From Calditrichia bacterium (GTDB lineage Bacteria > Calditrichota > Calditrichia > RBG-13-44-9), in contig JARRQT010000017.1 of the NCBI GenBank assembly GCA_037381445.1, positions 23,360-51,136 of the forward strand: a stretch of 27,777 nucleotides of DNA, given 5' to 3'. The notes beneath the pieces were generated by a model. The model was not told the DNA's origin. It worked only from the letters and a program-made list of their open reading frames with translations, and ran no database searches. Below, piece by piece: positions 17,839-26,956 of the stretch; position 1 is the stretch's first letter, and each line of letters opens with the position of its first letter. Both the position numbers and the translations under genes were made by a program.

Positions 17839-20516
17839 ACTATCCGATTTGGGAAATTCCGGCCATCGGGGGCGGGAGCCTCATCGCCCTCATTGCGATT
17901 TTGCACGTCTATATTGCTCACCTGGCGGTCGGCGGAGGCATGTTTATCTGGCTGACCGACCGGAAGGGATACCGCGAAAACAGTGCGGAGATTCACAACT
18001 ATGTTCACAAACATACCTGGTTTTTCCTGCTGCTGACCATGGTATTCGGAGGCATTACAGGCGTCGGCATCTGGTTTATTATCGCACTGATCCATCCCGC
18101 GGCAACCTCTTCCCTCATTCACAATTTTGTGTTTGGATGGGCAATCGAATGGGTTTTCTTCCTGGGTGAAATTACGGCCTTACTGGTCTATTATTATCAG
18201 TTCGACCATCTCACCCAGAAACAGCGCATGCAGCTTTCCTTTCTATATTTTCTGTTTGCCTGGCTGAGCCTGTTCATTATCAACGGAATACTCTCTTTTA
18301 TGCTCACGCCCGGCCAGTGGTTGGAGACCGGAAATTTCTGGCACGGCTTCTTTAATCCCTCATTTCTGCCCTCTCTCCTATTCCGCACCTTTGCCGCTGC
18401 CATGATCGCCGGTTTATTTGGGTATGTGACCACTGTTTTTCTGAAAGACAGCGCGTTCCGTTCCGCCATGTTAAAATATTCCACCCGCTGGCTGCTTTAT
18501 CCCCTGCTTGGCCTCATCCCTTCCGGCATTTGGTACTATTTCACCGTTCCGTCCGTGAACAGAGTAAGTGCCTTCAGCCTGAATCCCGAAACCGGCATTT
18601 TTGCCAGCCTCTTCATCGTTGCCTCCATATTGATTTTTCTCCTGGGGATTTTTCTTACCATGCGTTCAGGCGTCGCTGCCCAGCGAATCGCAACTTCCGC
18701 CTTGCTGATTATCGGCCTGGGATGGATGGGAGGGTTTGAGTACATGCGGGAAATTGCCCGTAAACCTTTTGTCATCAGCGACTATATGTACTCCACTTCC
18801 ATTTTAAAGTCGGACGCCGGGAAGCTGAGCCGGGAAGGGATTTTGGCAAATGCCAAATGGACATACGTTAAGCGGGTAACGCCACAAAACCCCATGGAAG
18901 CCGGGGAAGAAATCTTCCGCCTGCAGTGCTCGGGCTGTCATACCCTGAATGGAATTCGTAACGATATTATTCCCCAAACCGAACTGCTCTCCTATACGGG
19001 CATGATATCATTCCTTTTCGGGCAGGGAAAAGTACATACCTATATGCCTGAATTTATTGGCACGGAACAGGAAAAAGATGCGCTTGCCGCATATATTGCA
19101 GGCGGTCTGCACAAGAATCCGGTAATCATGGAGCCGCAGCCTTATCAGATCCAGCCGATATTGAATACTATTCCTGATTACGATCAAAAGAAAGCGGAGT
19201 ATATCCTTCTGGTCTGGAATGACCTGGGAATGCACTGCATATCGGACAGCGACCCCTGGTTCGTCATTTTGCCGCCGGCCAATACGCTGGAAGCACAGAT
19301 CATCAAACGGGGGCCTCTGCCGCAGCTTGTTGCCGATAACATTGAACTGACTTATCGGGTCGAACCAGGATTTGAAAATCCGGCAGCCCATACCCAATTC
19401 TGGGATTACGCGGAGAGAATTTTTGGGGCGAAGCTGCCCCAAAATGTGGGGCTTCACGGAAACGGCCTATCGGGAAAATTTAAATGGAATCCGGACCGGA
19501 ACAGTTTTATTGTGGAAACCATTCCGGTGATGCCCTACAACGATGACGGTTCGTTTAATCCATACCCCATTTTCACGGTGGAAGCCCGCGACAGCGCCAG
19601 CGGGAAGCTGCTGGCCGTAACTCAGGCCGTTACACCCACCTCCACCGAGATGGGATGCCGCAATTGCCACGGCGGAGGATGGAAAAGGAACGGAATTGCC
19701 GGCGTCTCGGACGAAACAGCAACCAATATTCTCAAGATCCACGACCGTCTGAGCGGCACCAACCTTTATGACCTGGCGCGCAAAGGTCAGCCTCAACTTT
19801 GCGCCGGGTGCCATCCCGACCCGGCATTGGGAGCAGAGGGAAAAGCGGGACAGATGTATCTTTCCGCTTCCATACATGGCTGGCATGCCAATTATATGCA
19901 TCTGAAAGGAGCGCAGGCATGCGGCATGTGCCATCCGGCCTATGCAAGCGGGCGAACCCGCTGCAGCCGTGGAATACATGGCGAGGTGGGAGTAACCTGC
20001 GTGGATTGCCATTGTGAACTTGCCGACCATGCCCTGACCCTGCTGAAGGGTCAAGCCGACAAACCCGGCGCCACGCGATTAATGGCCCACCTCACACCGA
20101 CCAAGGCAGAAAACAAAGATCAGATCAATCCGCGCAGCCCTTGGCTGAATGAGCCGGATTGTTTGACCTGTCATGAAGGTTTTCAAAAACCGGCGTCAAA
20201 TGCCACCTCCTATAATGTCTGGAGTAAAGCGTTCGAAGATCTTTACCGGATACGAACCGACAATGCGGGAATCCGCTGTGCAGCCTGCCACAATTCAACC
20301 CATGCGGAGTATCCCTCAGAAAATCCCTTCGGAAGAGACCGCGATAATATTCAGCCGCTGCAATACAGCGGGGCACCTTACCCCATCGGGTCGAATATCT
20401 CCTGCGAAGTCTGTCATATGCAAAAAATGGAGAATCCCATTCATCATCCGAATTTCTACCGGGAATTCAGAAACAAACGGACAGAACAGAAAACGGCAGT
20501 GGCAGCCAATTTTTAG
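17835..20516 (+). CDS. CydA-superfamily membrane domain fused to a monoheme and a heptaheme c-type cytochrome domain (8 CxxCH)
   Basis: N-terminal 8 TMs with LHVYIAH, AIEWVFFLGE, SFMLTPG, FFNP and REIARKPFVI. Heme motifs CSGCH, CRNCH, CAGCH, CGMCH, CVDCH, CLTCH, CAACH, CEVCH. AGGAGG RBS and ATGA coupling. Confidence 0.88.
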   Translation: MNYPIWEIPAIGGGSLIALIAILHVYIAHLAVGGGMFIWLTDRKGYRENSAEIHNYVHKHTWFFLLLTMVFGGITGVGIWFIIALIHPAATSSLIHNFVFGWAIEWVFFLGEITALLVYYYQFDHLTQKQRMQLSFLYFLFAWLSLFIINGILSFMLTPGQWLETGNFWHGFFNPSFLPSLLFRTFAAAMIAGLFGYVTTVFLKDSAFRSAMLKYSTRWLLYPLLGLIPSGIWYYFTVPSVNRVSAFSLNPETGIFASLFIVASILIFLLGIFLTMRSGVAAQRIATSALLIIGLGWMGGFEYMREIARKPFVISDYMYSTSILKSDAGKLSREGILANAKWTYVKRVTPQNPMEAGEEIFRLQCSGCHTLNGIRNDIIPQTELLSYTGMISFLFGQGKVHTYMPEFIGTEQEKDALAAYIAGGLHKNPVIMEPQPYQIQPILNTIPDYDQKKAEYILLVWNDLGMHCISDSDPWFVILPPANTLEAQIIKRGPLPQLVADNIELTYRVEPGFENPAAHTQFWDYAERIFGAKLPQNVGLHGNGLSGKFKWNPDRNSFIVETIPVMPYNDDGSFNPYPIFTVEARDSASGKLLAVTQAVTPTSTEMGCRNCHGGGWKRNGIAGVSDETATNILKIHDRLSGTNLYDLARKGQPQLCAGCHPDPALGAEGKAGQMYLSASIHGWHANYMHLKGAQACGMCHPAYASGRTRCSRGIHGEVGVTCVDCHCELADHALTLLKGQADKPGATRLMAHLTPTKAENKDQINPRSPWLNEPDCLTCHEGFQKPASNATSYNVWSKAFEDLYRIRTDNAGIRCAACHNSTHAEYPSENPFGRDRDNIQPLQYSGAPYPIGSNISCEVCHMQKMENPIHHPNFYREFRNKRTEQKTAVAANF

Positions 20517-20544
20517 GAAGATCAGGAAAAATCAATAAGAGCCA

Positions 20545-20578
20545 AAAGTCGGTGGGATCCATATTCAACCGGCTTTCT
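20545..20578 (+). terminator. Possible terminator hairpin after the cytochrome genes
   Basis: AAAGTCGGT...ACCGGCTTT stem. The U-tract is short. Confidence 0.35.
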
Positions 20579-20784
20579 GATAATGCGCTTTCTGCCAAGA
20601 ATTTGCTTTCTTTAAAAAAGTTGGGAACGTAAATTTTATTGTTCTACATGTTCATGAAGAGATAAATTCTAATCCGTATTAAAACACACGATTCAAATCG
20701 GGAAAATTTCAGAGCGTTGGTTTTGTCCTGCTATTTCTGTATCAGATGATATTTCAAAAATTCTATATTTTCGGAAAATAAATC

Positions 20785-23700
20785 ATGCGAAATGAAATTT
20801 TGAAAAAATTTCCCACAATAGATAAAAAGCTTGCTGAAAGTGAATTGAAGAGATGGTTCCGGGCGCCCGAGAAACAGTTCTCCCGCTTTCTTTCAGCACT
20901 TACTGGTTTGCAAACCGGACTGGAGAGACTTTCCCTCCGGAATGAGGACTTGCCGCAATATTGGGGAAATCTGGATCAAAATATCAGGGAAATCCTGGTA
21001 TGGCTGGAGACACTTCCCCTGATCCTTGATGAGTTTTCAGAAGATCTTGTTTGGTCGGAATTGGAGGCGGCCTTTCAGAAATCACTTTCACCGGTTCCCC
21101 AAAATATTTCCATCCTGCCGGCCGCAAAAGACATGACGATCCGGGATAATGACAGCTTTGTTAGGAAAGTTGTCAAATGGAGATTCTGGCTGCATATGAA
21201 CATAATCAATGTGAGTTGGCCGGTAATCAACAGGTTTCGCGCCCTCTTAAAAAAGCCGCGGTTACCTGTGCCCAAATCAGAGCGAAATATTCCATTTCAT
21301 CTATTCCTGAAAAAACATATCGAATTGCCTTGTGCTTCTTCTCTTTTGCAGAACTGGCAGATTTTCCTGAAGCAAATCTATCTGTATTTCCATGAAGCAC
21401 ATTCTATTCACGAGAAGATTAATTTTGAAATTCTCTCCCTGGAGAATTTTCGTGAAGTCTGCCAGCACACCCGGTTCATTATGTCGCGGGAGACACTGGA
21501 AAACCTGAGCGAATATATTCAGGAAATAACCGCCGTCCGGCAAAAAACAAAGCAGCTAAAAAGAGATCTTAATAAAGATATCAAAGAAGAATGGAAATCA
21601 ACCGAAGCCGCCGCAAAAGAGAGACTTGCGGAGGCAGGTACAATTTCTTTGCCCATCAGAAATTTCTCTCATAAAAGGATAAAAAGGGAATGGGCGAGGC
21701 TGCAGCAAAAATTTGAAACCAGTCTGTCAGCCTGGAGTGAACAATTTGAAAGGGAAAAAGAAGATTGGTCAAAAGATCTGGAGCTGTCACTGTTTCAGCT
21801 GCAATCCCTCAGAATCTGTACCAATACCGTTTATACGATCCGGCATAAAATCTCTGAAAATATCATCCCCTCCATTGCCGATGCCAAAACCACAATTTCC
21901 CGTTCTTTGACAAAATTCAAAACTGTTAAAGGCGAATTAAAGACCAAATTAAAGGGCGCCATAATTCATGAAAACCGTTCCTTGCTGCATCAGCTGCGCC
22001 GCGAGAGACTTCCCCAAATGATTGACACAATAATCCGGGTCGATCTTGAAAAAATTTTGCACGACTATCTCACCGGTATTGAATATGCGCTGGAACTCCT
22101 TCCTGACCAGCACACCATTTTTCGCCAGCAAAACATGGAGGGATTACTCCCCCGCTCAAAAAGTGACACCATCGAATTGAAAGAACTGGTGAGCGAAGAA
22201 TTGCTTTCCGGGCTGGCAATTTCCCACCGGAAAACTGCCGGCGAATTGCATGAACGACTGGAGCAAATGCGGCGCAACATCTCGGAATTGGATCAGATTG
22301 TTGAATTCAATTTGGAGGCGGCTCTGAATCTTTTGCAGCAGGGAAAAGAAACTGAAATTACCGACCATGCACTTCAGATAGTTAATGAAGGTTTGGAGCG
22401 AACACATAACCAGATCGACGATCTTGAACACCAATGTCGGCAAATTTCCGAAATAATAGCAGACCAGCTTCATCGCAATACATTCCATTTTGCCGAACAG
22501 ATTCAGGAGCTGGCGGATAATGAAAAAATTTTTCAATTAAGACTCCGGCTGGCAAGAACCAAAACACGCGAAAGGATTCACTCATACCGGAAAGAAATTC
22601 TCGTTTTTTTGAAAAAGCTCTTTCCGGTTCTAAAATCGGTGCTTATTACTTTTTTTCAGAAAATTACCTACACCTATAAAGGTTTCAGAAAGATCAGCGG
22701 ACTTTCGCCGGAGACTGTAAAAATTGAAGATAAACTAACACAGTATCTGTCTGAAACTCAGGCCAAGTTCAACGCGCTTCCCTATGTTTATCAGCGTCTT
22801 TTCCGGCCTGAGCCGCTGGAAGATGAACGTTTTTTTGTGGGCCGCGAGATGGCATTCGATTCCCTCCGCAATGCCTTTCGGAGCTGGGAGAAGAACCAGT
22901 ACGCCACCACCGTTCTCATTGGCGAGAAAGGCAGTGGAAAAACAACCCTGCTGAATTTTGCCCGATCCCAGTTTTATCATGACTATAAGATTATCATGCA
23001 CAATTTTTCAGAGACTGTTATTTTTGAAGAGGATTTATTAGCCCATTTGAAATCGGCATTCGGGAATAATTCAGTGAAATCTCTGGCCGACCTGGAAAAT
23101 AAGATTCAGGAATATGATTCGCGCCAGGTTTTCATTTTGGAAAACATTCAGAACCTGTTTTTGAAAACAGTTGAAGGATTTAACGCTCTGGAACGATTTC
23201 TTCTTTTTATTTCAAGAACCAGTGAAAGAGTTTACTGGATTTCAACCTGCACCCTTTACAGCTGGCAATATCTCGAAAAGGTGATGCAAATTTCAAAATA
23301 TTTCCAATATCCGGTGCAATTGGGCGGATTGACCAAGGACGAAATTAAAAACATTCTTTTAAAGAGGCATCGGGTCAGCGGTTACCAGCTGCAATATGAT
23401 GCGCCCGACCATTTTGATAATTCTCGTAAATTTAAAAAGTTGACAAAAGATACCTCACGCCAGGCCTACCTCGAGGACATTTTCTTCAAAGATTTGAATG
23501 AATTGTCAAACGGCAATATTTCTGTAGCCATATTGTTCTGGCAGCGGGCCATTCGGGAAGTTTCCAAAGAGAAACTGATTGTATCGCCCATTGATAATTT
23601 CGACTTCAGTTTCCTCCATCAACTCCCTTCCGAGGAACTTTTTACGCTCATGGCCCTTTTACAGCACGAAATATTGAGCGACCATCATCACAGTATTATA

Positions 23701-23850
23701 TTCCGCCAAAATCCTGAAAAGAGCTCAATGATAATGGACAGGATGCAGCATTCCGGAATGCTGGTCAAAAATCAGTTCGGATATCAAATCCATCCATTTT
23801 TGTACCGGCCGGTCGTCAGGGTATTAAAATCCAAAAACCTCTTGCATTAA
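20785..23850 (+). CDS. Large hypothetical protein with a helical N-terminal region and a C-terminal P-loop (AAA-like) ATPase domain
   Basis: 1021 aa. FFVGRE motif, Walker A GEKGSGKT (22921-22944), Walker B-like VFILEN and SNGN motif. Confidence 0.85.
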   Translation: MRNEILKKFPTIDKKLAESELKRWFRAPEKQFSRFLSALTGLQTGLERLSLRNEDLPQYWGNLDQNIREILVWLETLPLILDEFSEDLVWSELEAAFQKSLSPVPQNISILPAAKDMTIRDNDSFVRKVVKWRFWLHMNIINVSWPVINRFRALLKKPRLPVPKSERNIPFHLFLKKHIELPCASSLLQNWQIFLKQIYLYFHEAHSIHEKINFEILSLENFREVCQHTRFIMSRETLENLSEYIQEITAVRQKTKQLKRDLNKDIKEEWKSTEAAAKERLAEAGTISLPIRNFSHKRIKREWARLQQKFETSLSAWSEQFEREKEDWSKDLELSLFQLQSLRICTNTVYTIRHKISENIIPSIADAKTTISRSLTKFKTVKGELKTKLKGAIIHENRSLLHQLRRERLPQMIDTIIRVDLEKILHDYLTGIEYALELLPDQHTIFRQQNMEGLLPRSKSDTIELKELVSEELLSGLAISHRKTAGELHERLEQMRRNISELDQIVEFNLEAALNLLQQGKETEITDHALQIVNEGLERTHNQIDDLEHQCRQISEIIADQLHRNTFHFAEQIQELADNEKIFQLRLRLARTKTRERIHSYRKEILVFLKKLFPVLKSVLITFFQKITYTYKGFRKISGLSPETVKIEDKLTQYLSETQAKFNALPYVYQRLFRPEPLEDERFFVGREMAFDSLRNAFRSWEKNQYATTVLIGEKGSGKTTLLNFARSQFYHDYKIIMHNFSETVIFEEDLLAHLKSAFGNNSVKSLADLENKIQEYDSRQVFILENIQNLFLKTVEGFNALERFLLFISRTSERVYWISTCTLYSWQYLEKVMQISKYFQYPVQLGGLTKDEIKNILLKRHRVSGYQLQYDAPDHFDNSRKFKKLTKDTSRQAYLEDIFFKDLNELSNGNISVAILFWQRAIREVSKEKLIVSPIDNFDFSFLHQLPSEELFTLMALLQHEILSDHHHSIIFRQNPEKSSMIMDRMQHSGMLVKNQFGYQIHPFLYRPVVRVLKSKNLLH

Positions 23851-23860
23851 GGGAGAACCA

Positions 23861-24841
23861 ATGATACAAAAGATGTTCCGGGCAACTCTGATGGTTGCAG
23901 CTTTGGTGATGATCATACAGGGCGAAAATTTGTATTCCCAGGAAAATTCCGATACGTCTTCCTCCGGAAAGGGTGAAAAAGCTGCTGTTACATCGGGCAG
24001 TTCGATGACACAGGCACTAAAAGAATCACAACCCCAGATTAAATGGTCCATTTCTGTTTCAAAAATATTCTGGTCAATCGTTATGTTTCTGGTGGCTTTG
24101 CTGGTAATTAAAAATCTGACCCGTCTTCTGGAGGCCATTGCAGAACGATGGACAAATCTAAGATTAACGATCAAAGGAATCATTCCTATTTTTCGTATCT
24201 TCGGATGGACATTCGTGATCTATGTTATCATTGCAGGGATTTTTGCGCCTCCCATCCAGACCCTGATCGCGGTAACTGCCTCCGCAGGCATTGCGGTTGG
24301 CTTTGCAGCCCAGGATATTCTTAAAAACATCTTTGGCGGCATAATGATTCTGTTCGACCGGCCTTTTCAGGTCGGCGACAAAATAAAGGTCGGGGAGCAT
24401 TATGGCGAGGTGATCAGCATAGGCTTGCGTACCGTTCGCATCGTCACGCCGGACGATTCCGTGGTATCCATCCCCAATAGCGAAATTGTGAACAGCTCCG
24501 TTTCGAATGCGAATTCCGGGGAATCATATTGTCAGGTAGTGGCTGAGTTATTCCTGCCGCCTCATATTAATGTCAGCAGGGTAAAACAGATTGCGTACCG
24601 TGCAGCGGCGGTTTCCCGTTACGTATATCTGAACAAACCGATTGCCGTTATCCTGAAAAACGAGATCCACCAGGGCCGCTCCTTGATGAAACTGCGCCTG
24701 AAGGCCTATGTGTTGGATATCCGGTATGAATTCCCGTTTATGAGCGAAATGACAGAAATTGTGATGGAAGAGTTACTGGGACAGGGACTGGTGACCGCGA
24801 AAGATCTTGCCATGCTGTCCGCTATTCAGGAAAGTAATTAA
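23861..24841 (+). CDS. MscS-family mechanosensitive channel
   Basis: AGIAVGFAAQDILKNIFGGIMILFDRPFQVGDKI and GEVISIGLRTVRIVTPDDSVVSIPNS. Confidence 0.93.
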   Translation: MIQKMFRATLMVAALVMIIQGENLYSQENSDTSSSGKGEKAAVTSGSSMTQALKESQPQIKWSISVSKIFWSIVMFLVALLVIKNLTRLLEAIAERWTNLRLTIKGIIPIFRIFGWTFVIYVIIAGIFAPPIQTLIAVTASAGIAVGFAAQDILKNIFGGIMILFDRPFQVGDKIKVGEHYGEVISIGLRTVRIVTPDDSVVSIPNSEIVNSSVSNANSGESYCQVVAELFLPPHINVSRVKQIAYRAAAVSRYVYLNKPIAVILKNEIHQGRSLMKLRLKAYVLDIRYEFPFMSEMTEIVMEELLGQGLVTAKDLAMLSAIQESN

Positions 24842-25056
24842 ACCGCTGAGCACTTTGTCTTCCCATAAAATAATGAATGGAATTATGTTTCTTTGAAGAC
24901 ATGACCGCAAAACGATCAATTTTTTATTAAATTCCGGACGAAGAGAGGTCCGGGCGGCTTTAAACGCTATGAAATATGAAGAAACAGGTAGTCCAATAAA
25001 AGTAAGATTTGAATTTTTGCCACACTTAAAACAAAATATTATGCGGAGGGAATACC

Positions 25057-26106
25057 ATGAAATTCAGATTAAAGAAATCGATTATGTTTCTAATGCTATT
25101 GCTGATGTGCCTGCCGGCTATGGCCGGTGATCAGCCCGATTCGCTTTTTACGGAATTTAAGGAAAATTTTAAGAAGGAATATTTCAGCGTCGGCGCGTTA
25201 TTCCAGGCAGTCACGGATTTCCAGATCGAACGGTCTTTCTCGGGAAATAACGGATTCAATATCTCAAATATGCGGATTAATTTTTCGGGAATATTCGACG
25301 GCGGTTTCGGCTATTTTTTCCAGGGAAACCTGATTGACTCTCCCTCCATTCTGAGCGCGGATATGTTCTATGAGACATCTCCTGCCTTCCGTTTGACCGT
25401 CGGACTGTTCAAAGCGCCCTTCAGCAAAGAATTTCTGACCAGTGCGGCAAATATTGATTTCGTTAACCGGTCGCAAATCGTAACCTACTTTGCTCCCCGC
25501 TGGCAGATCGGCGTACAGGCCAGCGGATGGTTCCGAAACAGCTCCCTCTATTATGCGGGCGGATTGTTTAACGGTAACGGATTTGATGGAAATAATAATG
25601 ACAATAATAATTTCATGGCGGTCGGCCGCATTGCGTATTATCCCAGGAAAATCAACCAGTCGGCTGATAAGCATCTGGAGGCCGGCTTCAATTTCGCTCA
25701 CAGTAAAGATGATAATCTCGATCTGGGCAGCGGATTATACCCGCACTTTTTCGGCAAACGGACCCTTGTCGGCGCGGACTTCCGTTACATCATGGATCGC
25801 TGGCTGTTCGCCGGGGAAATCATATCCGCTTCGCTGGAGCCCGGCCTCGGAAGAGAAATCAGTCCCTACGGTTTTTATCTGACAGTGGGAGATATGCTGA
25901 GCGCCAAATCCCAGATTTTGTTCCGCTGGGATAGCTTTCATTCCGATGGACTCCTGTATCCGGACCAGGATTCTGATTTGCTGATCTTAGGATACAATTA
26001 CTGGCCGACACGGGTTACTGAATTACAGGTCAACTATATTATCAGAACGCAGGATATGGAATTTGAACACAGCCAAATTCTGGTAAATGCCCAGGTGGCA
26101 TTCTAG
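25057..26106 (+). CDS. Outer-membrane porin, OprO/OprP-like beta-barrel
   Basis: Signal peptide ending AMA, GLFKAPFSKEFLTS...FVNRS motif, alternating beta-strand pattern and C-terminal Phe. GGAGG RBS. Confidence 0.82.
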   Translation: MKFRLKKSIMFLMLLLMCLPAMAGDQPDSLFTEFKENFKKEYFSVGALFQAVTDFQIERSFSGNNGFNISNMRINFSGIFDGGFGYFFQGNLIDSPSILSADMFYETSPAFRLTVGLFKAPFSKEFLTSAANIDFVNRSQIVTYFAPRWQIGVQASGWFRNSSLYYAGGLFNGNGFDGNNNDNNNFMAVGRIAYYPRKINQSADKHLEAGFNFAHSKDDNLDLGSGLYPHFFGKRTLVGADFRYIMDRWLFAGEIISASLEPGLGREISPYGFYLTVGDMLSAKSQILFRWDSFHSDGLLYPDQDSDLLILGYNYWPTRVTELQVNYIIRTQDMEFEHSQILVNAQVAF

Positions 26107-26126
26107 TTTGGCACGGAGACAGATCA

Positions 26127-26942
26127 ATGGCTAAAAAACAGACTTCGGATGGGAGGATTTCTTTGTGGGGCGACTTTCCGCTGCCGGATAACGAGGAAAG
26201 GCAGTGGGAGGTCGGTCCTTTCCGCTTGCATTATAAAATCTCCGGAAATGAACTATGGACGGAATATTCCCGGCAAAATTCCAAAGAAGGCAGCAATAAG
26301 CCGGCGCAATCTGCGGAGAATACCAGCTGGTCCCGCTTTGCACTCCGGCACGGTTATGCCAAAATCCGCATTCTGCCTGTTCTTCCCGATCGTGCGGTGG
26401 TTGTGAAACCGGAAACTGCCTTTTGGATATCGAAAGGAGCAAAATCTCGGGTCTACGTAAGAGTACCTGTCTGGGTTCAGATGCGGCTGATGGGAAGGCA
26501 GCCGGTAACCATACTGGACGTTTCTACAGTTGTATTATCAAACACCTGGTTCGGCGGTTTCATGCAGGGGGAACTGAGCTACTGGATATCCTCCAGCGCT
26601 CGGGTAGATATCTTGCCCGACCCCTCACGGCCTCACATGGCAATCTGCCCAATCCAGATTATCAACAACTCCAATAGCGACCTGCTGGTTGAGAAAATTG
26701 GTTTGCGGGTTCCTTATCTTTCCCTGTTTTATGACAGCGGACAGTTATGGTCGGATGAAATGAAGATCTCCTACCGCGGCGGCGAAGCGGTCAGCAGCCT
26801 GTCGGTGTCAGGTATTGTCCCGCCGGAACTGCCCGGCGGAAAATTAATTTCGGCACCGCGGGATCATATGAAAAAGAATTTCGCAGCCAAGACATTTTCG
26901 TCCATTAAAGATTTGCCCGGATTAGGCATATTTTCAAATTAA
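26127..26942 (+). CDS. Hypothetical soluble protein, DUF432-like
   Basis: 271 aa with no TM or signal peptide. LPDRAVVVKPE...VYVRVPVW and LSNTWFG...GELSY resemble DUF432 proteins (from recollection). GGAG RBS. Confidence 0.65.
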   Translation: MAKKQTSDGRISLWGDFPLPDNEERQWEVGPFRLHYKISGNELWTEYSRQNSKEGSNKPAQSAENTSWSRFALRHGYAKIRILPVLPDRAVVVKPETAFWISKGAKSRVYVRVPVWVQMRLMGRQPVTILDVSTVVLSNTWFGGFMQGELSYWISSSARVDILPDPSRPHMAICPIQIINNSNSDLLVEKIGLRVPYLSLFYDSGQLWSDEMKISYRGGEAVSSLSVSGIVPPELPGGKLISAPRDHMKKNFAAKTFSSIKDLPGLGIFSN

Positions 26943-26956
26943 GGAGGAGCCCGCTC

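Noticed and set aside
24842..25056. Intergenic gap with a small CCGGAC/GTCCGG hairpin and tiny ORFs
   Set aside because: The stem is only 6 bp with no adjacent U-tract, and the ORFs are very short. It may hold an internal promoter, but I cannot support one.
25590..25612. AAT-rich microrepeat (NNNDNNN) in the porin
   Set aside because: Short, in-frame, low-complexity loop sequence.
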